Below, piece after piece: positions 53,102 to 60,801 of a stretch of 64,000 nt of DNA. This DNA is from Thermoplasmata archaeon (lineage in GTDB: Archaea > Thermoplasmatota > Thermoplasmata > Lutacidiplasmatales > UBA184): positions 8,206 through 72,205 of the forward strand of contig JBKQMS010000009.1 in the NCBI GenBank assembly GCA_052326485.1. Reading direction: 5' to 3'. The position numbers and the translations under genes are program-made. Below the pieces are notes generated by a model, which made no database searches, was not told the origin of the DNA, and saw only the letters and a program-made list of their open reading frames with translations. Each line of letters opens with the position of its first letter. The stretch's first letter is position 1.

Positions 53102-55119
53102 GAACCGGTCGGCCGGGCCGGCGCAGCGGCCGGCGGAGTGGGCGAGGGGATCTCTTCGGTCGATCGGCCCGTGGCGCGGACCATCGCGGATAGGCGTTCG
53201 AGGAGCGACTCCTTCTGCGTGCCCTGGCCGACCAGGGCGTACTTCAGCACGTCGCGGAGCGTGGAGACCGGGATGACCTCCACCATGCCGCGGTACTTCG
53301 ACTCGAGCACGAGGTCGTCCAGGTTCTCTTCGGGCACGAGGACGCGCTTGATGCCCGAGTCGGCCGCCGCCTCGACCTTGGCCGTGACTCCGCCCACGGG
53401 CAGGACCTGGCCCCGGACCGAGAGCGATCCGGTCATCGCGACCGACTGGTCTACGGGGACGCCTTCGAGGGCGCTGATGACGGCGGTCGCGATCGAGACC
53501 GAGGCGCTGTCGCCCTCGACCCCGTCGGACGTGCCGACGAACTGGATGTGGATATCGTATCGGGAGATGTCCTCGCCCGTGTACTTCTTGATGAGCGCGC
53601 TGACGTTCTGGACCGCCTCCCGCGCAATCTCGCCAAGTTTCCCGGTCGCGACCACCACCCCGCCGTTCCGCGTCTGGGCCGGGGTCACCTCCGCGACGAT
53701 CGGAAGCACGATCCCCGAGAACTCCGCCATGCCGGTCTGGGCATTGATCGCCGCGAGCCCGTTCACGACCCCGACGGCCGAGCCTTCGGTCGAGAACATG
53801 TGGTACTCCTTGCGGTGTTCGACGTAGCGGTCGGCGATCTGCTGCTCGAGAGAGCGGGCCGCCTTCTTTGCCTTCACGACCTGCTCGGCGTGGACGACGG
53901 AGAGACCGTCCGAGAGCGCGATGTCGCCCGCGACCCGGACGAGGCCCCCGAGCTCTCGGAGGCGGAGGGTGAGCTGGCCCGAGCGACCCGAGCGGCGCTG
54001 GGCCTCCCGGATGACCTCGACGATGGCCCCGATGTCGAAGTGGGGGATCTTCTTGTCCTTCGTGACCTCCTGGGCGATGAACCGAACGATCTTCAGTCGG
54101 TTGTCCGGCGTATCGGGCATGGTCGTCTTGACATAGAGCTCGTAGCCGTAGCCGCGGATGCGCGACCGGAGCGCCGGATGCATCGTCTGGACGCTGTCGA
54201 CGTTCCCGGCGCACACGAGGACGAAATCGGATGGGACCGGTTCGGTCTTGACCATCGCCCCCGCGGAACGCTCGGACTGACCGACGATGGGGAACTTGCG
54301 CTCCTGGAGCGCGGTGAGCAGCGAGTGCTGGCTCTCGATCTTGAGGAGGTTGATCTCGTCGAGGAACAGCACGCCGCCGTTCGCCTTGTGGATGGCGCCG
54401 ACCTCGACGCGCTCGTGGGGAGGCGTCTCGAGGCCGCCCGACTGGAACGGGTCGTGCTTCACGTCCCCGAGCAGAGCTCCTGCGTGGGCGCCCGTGGCGT
54501 CCACGAACGGAGGCTTGTCGTCCGGGGTGTGGGAAACGAGGAGCTTCGCGACCGCGTTGCCCGTATCCGTGCGGCCGCCCGAGAACCGAGCGAGGACCCA
54601 GATGATGAGCACGATCAGGACGCCAAAGAGGATCGCGGTCAGGTCCTTCTGAACGATCACGATGTAGAGCGTGACCGCCATGATGACGAGGGCGACGACG
54701 ACGAACAGGATCGTCCGCTGCTCCTTCTTCTGGGCAGCCTCAATCTTTTGTGCCGCGACGATCTCCTTTCCTTTCCCCGCGGGGACGACCCGGATCTTTG
54801 GCTCGTTGGGGTCGTCGCTGTTGGAGTAGGCGAGGATGTCCTGGAGCTGCTCCTTGGGAAGGAAGTCGACCATCGCCCGGGCCAGCATGCTCTTCCCCGT
54901 CCCGGGGTCGCCAATCAGCATCATGTGCCGCTTCTGGGTAGCGGCCTTGTGCGCGACCTCGACGGCGTCGTCCTGACCGATCACCTGGTCCAAGAGGCGG
55001 GGCGGTACCTCGACCTGGGCGCTCGACGTGTAGGGCAGCGTCCGCGCCCACTGCTCGAGCTCGCTCACCGGTGCGGCGTCCGCGCTCCCGGTGCCCGGTG
55101 CTCCCGTTCCTTCTGCCAT
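53098..55119 (-). CDS. lon: Archaeal membrane-bound Lon protease (LonB)
   Basis: Walker A GDPGTGKS, two TM helices inserted in the AAA+ domain ([20 protein letters not shown] and [16 protein letters not shown]), and a C-terminal protease domain ([16 protein letters not shown]). ATG55119 is preferred over TTG55161. Confidence 0.92.
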   Translation of the reverse strand: MAEGTGAPGTGSADAAPVSELEQWARTLPYTSSAQVEVPPRLLDQVIGQDDAVEVAHKAATQKRHMMLIGDPGTGKSMLARAMVDFLPKEQLQDILAYSNSDDPNEPKIRVVPAGKGKEIVAAQKIEAAQKKEQRTILFVVVALVIMAVTLYIVIVQKDLTAILFGVLIVLIIWVLARFSGGRTDTGNAVAKLLVSHTPDDKPPFVDATGAHAGALLGDVKHDPFQSGGLETPPHERVEVGAIHKANGGVLFLDEINLLKIESQHSLLTALQERKFPIVGQSERSAGAMVKTEPVPSDFVLVCAGNVDSVQTMHPALRSRIRGYGYELYVKTTMPDTPDNRLKIVRFIAQEVTKDKKIPHFDIGAIVEVIREAQRRSGRSGQLTLRLRELGGLVRVAGDIALSDGLSVVHAEQVVKAKKAARSLEQQIADRYVEHRKEYHMFSTEGSAVGVVNGLAAINAQTGMAEFSGIVLPIVAEVTPAQTRNGGVVVATGKLGEIAREAVQNVSALIKKYTGEDISRYDIHIQFVGTSDGVEGDSASVSIATAVISALEGVPVDQSVAMTGSLSVRGQVLPVGGVTAKVEAAADSGIKRVLVPEENLDDLVLESKYRGMVEVIPVSTLRDVLKYALVGQGTQKESLLERLSAMVRATGRSTEEIPSPTPPAAAPARPTGS

Positions 55120-55180
55120 GGCGGCGTCGCGGCTCCCGATGGTCGAGAACCGGTGCGCCAATCAATCCATGGGGAGGTCC

Positions 55181-55188
55181 ATATAAAG
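55181..55188 (-). promoter_or_regulatory. TATA box in the lon/folD divergent region
   Basis: Minus strand reads GGGCTTTATATGGACC, a near-consensus archaeal TATA. The predicted TSS is near 55160, giving lon a leader of about 40 nt with a GGGAGC SD. Confidence 0.5.
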
Positions 55189-55300
55189 CCCTTCGTGCCA
55201 GTATATCCGGCGTACCCTGGTTCCGGGGACCGGTTTTCACTTTCAGGACCGGCTCGAGCCCGGCGGGGGTCGGCCGTTATCTACCGTACCGGGCTCGACC

Positions 55301-56215
55301 ATGCCGGGACCCACGATGACGGTTCGGCTGGAGGGTAAGCCGGTCGCGGACCGGATCGACGAGGCGACCCGAAAGGCCGTAACGTCGGTCCCGGCCAGCG
55401 CGGCGCCCCCGTGCCTCGCGAGCGTGCATCGGGGCGTGGACAGCCCGTTCCGCTACTACCTGAAGCGTCAGGCGAAAGCGGCCGCCGCGCTGGGCATCAC
55501 GTTCCGGGACCAGTCTTTGCGCCCCGGGGACGGGCCTAAGGAACTCGTCGATCGACTGGCCACCCTGGACGGAGACCCGAGCGTCCATGCGGTGCTCCTA
55601 GAGCATCCCCTGCCTCCCCCGTTCGACTTCTACCGCGCGGTCGCGACCCTGCGACCCGCAAAGGACGTCGACGGCGTGGGAACCGCGAACCTCGGCCGTC
55701 TGGTCGCCCAGGCCCCCGTCCAGGTCCCGGCAGTCGCCCTCGCGGCCGTCGAGATCGCCCGCTTTTACCGGCTCCCGATGGAGGGGGAGCGGGTCGTCGT
55801 CCTGGGCCGATCCGAGACGGTCGGACTTCCTCTCGCTCTCTTGCTGGCCGGAAAGGGCATCGGCATCAATGCCACCGTCACCGTCGTTCACTCGAAGACC
55901 CACGACCTGAAAGGGGCCCTTGCGAACGCCCGTACGATCTTCTCGTGCATGGGCCGGCCCGGGATGCTGACCCGGGAACCGGTCCCGGAAGGGGCGTTCG
56001 TGGTCGACGTGGGGGTGGCCACCGTCCCGGACCCGGCCCGGCCGGGGAACTCGAAGACCACGGGCGATGCGGACTTCGCGAGCCTCGACGGTTGGGCGGC
56101 AGGGGTCACGCCCGTTCCCGGCGGCGTCGGACCGGTGACGGTCGCGAAGCTGATGGCGAACACGCTCGAAGCCTATCGGCTCTTGCGAGCAGAGGGAGCG
56201 GAGGAAGGACGTTGA
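55301..56215 (+). CDS. folD: Bifunctional methylenetetrahydrofolate dehydrogenase/cyclohydrolase
   Basis: Pattern VLGRSETVGLPLALLL, TVTVVHSKT, PVPGGVGPVTVAKLM. ATG55316 is an alternative start. Confidence 0.9.
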   Translation: MPGPTMTVRLEGKPVADRIDEATRKAVTSVPASAAPPCLASVHRGVDSPFRYYLKRQAKAAAALGITFRDQSLRPGDGPKELVDRLATLDGDPSVHAVLLEHPLPPPFDFYRAVATLRPAKDVDGVGTANLGRLVAQAPVQVPAVALAAVEIARFYRLPMEGERVVVLGRSETVGLPLALLLAGKGIGINATVTVVHSKTHDLKGALANARTIFSCMGRPGMLTREPVPEGAFVVDVGVATVPDPARPGNSKTTGDADFASLDGWAAGVTPVPGGVGPVTVAKLMANTLEAYRLLRAEGAEEGR

Positions 56216-56571
56216 GTCGCCACCACCCCGGCGCTCCCGGTGCGACGCCTCCGCCCCTGCGCTGCCGGGACTGTCCCATGTGGTACGGCGCGGAGGACGA
56301 CGGGTGGGGTCCGTGCTCGATCAAGAACCGGCGGGGCGATGAACGGTATCTCACGTGGGGAGGCCACGCGTGCGACGAGGACTACTCTCCGCCGCGCGTG
56401 AGGCCCACCTTCGCGCGGGCCGCGTGGTTGAGGGGGGTCCGTTCCACCTCGAGGGCGTCAGCCGTCGGGTACACCTCGACCTCGAAGGCGGCCCAGCGAA
56501 GCCGACGGGCGGCCCGGCGCAAGGCGGCTGGCCCGACCTCGAGGCGGCGGCGGGCCTCGTCGAGTCGATAG
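56212..56571 (+). CDS. Candidate small Cys-rich protein coupled to folD (3' extent doubtful)
   Basis: TTG56212 overlaps the folD TGA (TTGA). Reads ...RCRDCPMWYGAEDDGWGPCSIKNRRGDERYLTWGGHACDEDYSPP, then runs antisense into the radical SAM gene without a stop until 56571. Confidence 0.25.
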   Translation: MSRHHPGAPGATPPPLRCRDCPMWYGAEDDGWGPCSIKNRRGDERYLTWGGHACDEDYSPPRVRPTFARAAWLRGVRSTSRASAVGYTSTSKAAQRSRRAARRKAAGPTSRRRRASSSR

Positions 56572-57521
56572 TCCCCAGGGGCGGCGCCGAGCGCGCGGAC
56601 GACCCGGGCCGACCAGCGACCGAGGCCCTCGTCGCCCTCCGGCTCGACTATCCCGAGCACCACCGTGCCGTCCCCCGTGTGCTCGGCGAACCCGGGCGCC
56701 GTTCGTTCGGCTTGGCGCAGGAGGCGCTGACGCAGCTGGACACCGTCCTTGAACCGGGACGAACAGTAGTGAACCGGTACCGAGAGGGAGAGCTCTCGCA
56801 CGAGCCGCTCGGCGACCGCGCGGCTGCCCCGGACCCCCCAGCCGTTGCGCGGGTCGACGCGATAGCGGCGCTCGCGCATCTTCGTCTCGTTGGTCTCGGA
56901 GAACTCGAGCTCGTTCAGGTTCACGAAGTCGATCCCGATCGCGTCGAGGGTCTTCAGGAGCCGACGAAGCTCCGCTTCCTTCTCAGGTAGGACCGGGATC
57001 TCGACACCCCGACGGATTCCCCAACGGGGAGCTTGCTCGAGGACCGAACGGTACGCCCCGCCCTCGCTCGACAACGGGCCCCAGAGGTAGTGTGGGATGT
57101 GGAGGCGGAACTCGTCAAGCCCGGCGCGCGCGAGCCGGGCGAGCTTCTCGGGGTTGGGTTCGTGGGTGTAGAGGTGGATGTTGTGCTCGGCCCCGAACTC
57201 GCGCTTCAGGAGGCGGACGTAGTGCTCCACGCGGTCGACGACCCCGAGCGGGTCCCCGCCCGTGATCCCGGTGCCGGCCGCTCCGATCGCGAGGGCTTCC
57301 TCGAGCACGTCGTCATCCGACCGGACGAGGCGCTCGTTCGCATAGATGACGTCGAGCTGGTTGCGGTTCGGCGAGACCGGGCAGTAGAAGCAACGGAACC
57401 GGCACAGGCCGGTCACGAACAGTACCATCTTGCGCCCCTCCGCGCACTGGATGCACGCGGGGGAGAGCGGTCCCCGGTGGCTCGAGGCCATCGGAAGGAG
57501 ATGGAGGCCGTTCGCGTTCAT
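56382..57521 (-). CDS. Radical SAM protein (COG2108-like, PflA-related)
   Basis: CRFRCFYCP is a CxxxCxxC cluster, in a TIM-barrel-like body with a C-terminal extension. Confidence 0.85.
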   Translation of the reverse strand: MNANGLHLLPMASSHRGPLSPACIQCAEGRKMVLFVTGLCRFRCFYCPVSPNRNQLDVIYANERLVRSDDDVLEEALAIGAAGTGITGGDPLGVVDRVEHYVRLLKREFGAEHNIHLYTHEPNPEKLARLARAGLDEFRLHIPHYLWGPLSSEGGAYRSVLEQAPRWGIRRGVEIPVLPEKEAELRRLLKTLDAIGIDFVNLNELEFSETNETKMRERRYRVDPRNGWGVRGSRAVAERLVRELSLSVPVHYCSSRFKDGVQLRQRLLRQAERTAPGFAEHTGDGTVVLGIVEPEGDEGLGRWSARVVRALGAAPGDYRLDEARRRLEVGPAALRRAARRLRWAAFEVEVYPTADALEVERTPLNHAARAKVGLTRGGE

Positions 57522-57714
57522 CGGGGGGCGGAGCCGGTCCCCGAAGGATAAGCGTTTCCCGCGCCGGAGAACGGCTCGCGGGTCGACCGGCCCGGGCGCC
57601 GACGCTCGTTTCCCGTGGTGGCCTCTCGCCACCAAGTGGGATGGAGGGAGGCCGAAGGCGTAGGCTCAAATCCCCCACCTGGTTGGACGGCCCACTCGCG
57701 GAGGAACGTCGCCG

Positions 57715-58473
57715 ATGGAAATGCAACCGGGCCAGATGGCGTATGACCGGGCCAGCACGGTGTTCTCGCCGGACGGACGACTGTTCCAGGTCGAGTACGC
57801 CCTCCAGGCGATCCAGATGGGCGGCACCGCCGTCGCGGTGGCCTACGAGACCGGGATCGTCTTCGTCGCGTACCGTAATCTTCCCGTGAGCTCGCTCGCC
57901 GAGGCCGGTTCGATCGAGAAGAGCTTCGCGATCGACAAGGGACTCGGCTGCGTCACCGCCGGTCTGATCGCCGACTCCCGCGTCCTCGTCGAGTTCCTGA
58001 GGGTCGAGGCCCAGCGCCACCGCTTGACGTACGGCGAACCCCCACCGTTCACGTTGCTCGGCCACGCGCTCGGCACGCTCCTCCAACAGTACACCCAATT
58101 CGGTGGGACCCGACCGTTCGCGGTCTCGCTCCTCCTCGGCGGGTTCAACGGGACCTCCCCCGGGCTCGTCGAGCTCGACCCCAGCGGCGCGACGATCGGG
58201 TGGAAGGCCTACGCCATCGGCCGGAACCGCCGGGCGGTCGCTGACTTCCTCGAAGAGAAGCTCCCTGAGCACCTCACCGAGGAGTCCGCGTTCAAGCTCG
58301 CGGTCCAGGCGGTCGCCGAGGGTTCGCCGACTCCGTTCCAACCGGAGGCGCTCGACGTGGCGATCCTGGAGCCGGAGACCGACCTGCGTCGCCTGCCGGT
58401 GGGCGATGTCGCCCGCCGCGTGCAGGGGATGCCGTTCATCGGAGCGCCCGAGCGCCGACCCAATTCCCGATGA
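57715..58473 (+). CDS. psmA: Proteasome subunit alpha
   Basis: YDRASTVFSPDGRLFQVEYA hallmark and overall 20S alpha layout. Confidence 0.95.
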   Translation: MEMQPGQMAYDRASTVFSPDGRLFQVEYALQAIQMGGTAVAVAYETGIVFVAYRNLPVSSLAEAGSIEKSFAIDKGLGCVTAGLIADSRVLVEFLRVEAQRHRLTYGEPPPFTLLGHALGTLLQQYTQFGGTRPFAVSLLLGGFNGTSPGLVELDPSGATIGWKAYAIGRNRRAVADFLEEKLPEHLTEESAFKLAVQAVAEGSPTPFQPEALDVAILEPETDLRRLPVGDVARRVQGMPFIGAPERRPNSR

Positions 58474-58507
58474 TCGTTTGGGGAACCTTCCGGCGTCGGA
58501 ATCCTCA

Positions 58508-59077
58508 ATGGGTGCGAGCGGCCTCGCCGGGGCCATGACCGGCTCGCTCCGCCTCTCCCCGCAAGACGCGCGCGCGATCTCCGACTACAACCATGCCGTG
58601 TTCGACCGGTTCGTTCGCAAGGTTCGACGACTCCCGGGGAAGGAAGCGACGCGCAAGCGTGGCATCGGTCACGAATCGCTGTTCAACACCCTCGTGCACA
58701 TTCTCAACGTGCAGGAGGTGTGGCTCGTCTACATCGTCCACGGGCGGAACTCGGACCGGGTGCTGGGCGAGCTCTTCCGGGACCCCTCACGGCACCCGAC
58801 GACCTGGAAGGGGTTTGACGAGTACTCGACGCGGGTCTGGACGGGCATCGACGCGACCCTGCGCGGCCTCTCCGCGCGCTCGCTGGGCCGGCGGGTGAGT
58901 GCGTTCTGGATGCGCGGTCGTTACACGGTCCGGGACGCGCTCTTTCAAGCGACGATGGAGGAAGCGCATCATCTCGGCGAGATCATTGCCGCTCTCTGGC
59001 AGGACGGCCGCAAGCCTCCCGACATGACGTGGATCGAGGTCGGACGGCCCGCGGCGCGGCGTCGCCGACGTGCCTAG
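58508..59077 (+). CDS. DinB family protein
   Basis: Four-helix DinB pattern with conserved His positions (LVHILNVQEVW and EEAHHLGEI). The N-terminal part of track ORF 58103..59077 overlaps psmA and was trimmed. Confidence 0.8.
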   Translation: MGASGLAGAMTGSLRLSPQDARAISDYNHAVFDRFVRKVRRLPGKEATRKRGIGHESLFNTLVHILNVQEVWLVYIVHGRNSDRVLGELFRDPSRHPTTWKGFDEYSTRVWTGIDATLRGLSARSLGRRVSAFWMRGRYTVRDALFQATMEEAHHLGEIIAALWQDGRKPPDMTWIEVGRPAARRRRRA

Positions 59078-60801
59078 CCTCGCGACGAGACCCTTCGCGT
59101 CGCGGACGCGGCCTCGAACTCCCCGCGCAGGCGCATCCGCCGCCGCGTGCGGTGGTACGTGATGGCGAAGCGGTGCGCCTCGTCGCGCACCGCACGTAGG
59201 AGCAGCATCGGGGCCGCGTTCGGGTTCGGGTGCATCGGCTCGGTGCGGTCGGTCCGGTAGACCTCCTCCTCCCGCTTGGCGAGGCCGATCGTGGGGATCC
59301 GGTCGGCCAGCCCGAGCTCCGCGAGCGCCCCGGTCGCGGCCGAGAGCTGGCCGGCGCCGCCGTCGATGAGCAGTAGGTCCGGCAGGATCTCGTTCTCGGC
59401 GAGGCGGCGGGCGAAGCGGCGGGAGACGACCTCTGCGACCATCGCGAAGTCATTGGTCCCCTCGACCGTGCGGATGCGGTAGCGGCGGTACTCGGAACGC
59501 TTGGCGAGGCCCCGCTCGAAGACGACGAGCGAGCCCACGGCCTCCGACCCCTGGAAGAGGGAGATGTCGACGCCCTCGATCCGGTTCGGGATCGTCGGTA
59601 GCTCGAGGAGGCTTTGGACGGCGAGGAGCACCTCCCGCGGCGCGGGGCGGGCGACGACCTGGTCGACCGTCGCGCGGGCGAGGCGCTCGGCGAGGCGGCC
59701 GAGCGAGGCGTACCGTCCCGTGGGGCGGAAGTGGACCTCGACGCCGCGGGGACCGAACAGCTCGTCAAGCGTCGCGTCGATCCCGGCAGGTCGGGGCGCC
59801 GCGATGTAGATCCGGTCGGGAAGCTCGAACTGCGCGCCGTAGTACTGGGTCAGGAACTGGCGCAAGAGCTCCCCCGGCTCCGGGACGTCGTTCGCGGGGA
59901 TCTCGAGGAGATGCGGTTCGGTCTCGCGGACCTCGCCGTCCTCTACCCGGAGGAGCCCCACCGCCACGCGCAGCGTCGAGGGGTCCTGCGGGTACGCCAG
60001 GGCGAGCACGTCCGCGCGGCCCGTCCCGGGGCCGATGACCGCCTGACGTTCGGAGAGCGCCCCGAGGCCGGCGAGGGCGTCCCTCAGCATCGCCGCGCGC
60101 TCGAACTCCTCGCGCTCGGAGGCGCGTCGCATCTCCGTCTCGACCAGAGGGCGCACGAGGGTGACCTGGCCTCGGAGCACCTGCGTCGCTCGGTCGACCT
60201 GCGCCCGGTACGCCTCCGGGCTGATCGCCCCGATGCAGGGAGCGCTGCAGACCTTGAGGTGGTAGTAGAGGCACGCCTGCTTCGGCAGCCGCACGCAGCG
60301 GCGCAGCTGGAAGAGGTCGCCCAAGAGCTTCTCGACGCCCCGGGCCTCGCGGGCGCTCGTGTACGGGCCGAAGAGCAGCAGGCCCGGCCGACGCCGGGGC
60401 CGGCGGACGAGGAGGATCCGCGGGACCTCCTCGCCGACCGTCACCGCGAGGTACGGGTAGCTTCGGTCGTCCTTCAAGAGGACATTGTACGGCGGCTGGT
60501 ACTGCTTGACGAGGTTCGCCTCGAGGAGAAGGGCCTCCCGCTCGGTCGCCGTGGGGACGAACTCCACGCTCGTGCTCTGAGCGAGGATCGTCCCGTCCTT
60601 CTCGATGCGCGCCCTAAGGTGGTCGAGGACGCGACGGCGCAAGCTGCGGGCCTTCCCGACGTAGACGACCTCGCCGCGGGCCGAGCGGAAGAGGTAGACC
60701 CCCGTGACGTCCGGACCCCGTCGGAACCCGTCGCGGGTCTCGGCGGCGAGCTGGCTCGCCGGCACGAACGATGGGAGCTCGGCCCGGCCGTTCTCGGTCA
60801 T
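59074..60801 (-). CDS. uvrC: Excinuclease ABC subunit C
   Basis: GIY-YIG (GVYLFRSARGEVVYVGKA), a UVR domain and a C-terminal endonuclease/HhH. ATG overlaps the uvrA stop (ATGA). Confidence 0.95.
   Translation of the reverse strand: MTENGRAELPSFVPASQLAAETRDGFRRGPDVTGVYLFRSARGEVVYVGKARSLRRRVLDHLRARIEKDGTILAQSTSVEFVPTATEREALLLEANLVKQYQPPYNVLLKDDRSYPYLAVTVGEEVPRILLVRRPRRRPGLLLFGPYTSAREARGVEKLLGDLFQLRRCVRLPKQACLYYHLKVCSAPCIGAISPEAYRAQVDRATQVLRGQVTLVRPLVETEMRRASEREEFERAAMLRDALAGLGALSERQAVIGPGTGRADVLALAYPQDPSTLRVAVGLLRVEDGEVRETEPHLLEIPANDVPEPGELLRQFLTQYYGAQFELPDRIYIAAPRPAGIDATLDELFGPRGVEVHFRPTGRYASLGRLAERLARATVDQVVARPAPREVLLAVQSLLELPTIPNRIEGVDISLFQGSEAVGSLVVFERGLAKRSEYRRYRIRTVEGTNDFAMVAEVVSRRFARRLAENEILPDLLLIDGGAGQLSAATGALAELGLADRIPTIGLAKREEEVYRTDRTEPMHPNPNAAPMLLLRAVRDEAHRFAITYHRTRRRMRLRGEFEAASATRRVSSRG

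Noticed and set aside
52856-54214. 452-aa minus-strand ORF.
   Set aside because: Most of it is an alternative frame of lonB. Only the last 81 codons, downstream of the lon stop, are considered a candidate gene.
58103-58507. N-terminal 135 codons of track ORF 58103..59077.
   Set aside because: They overlap the 3' part of psmA in another frame and are S/R/P-rich. The DinB-like homology begins after ATG58508.
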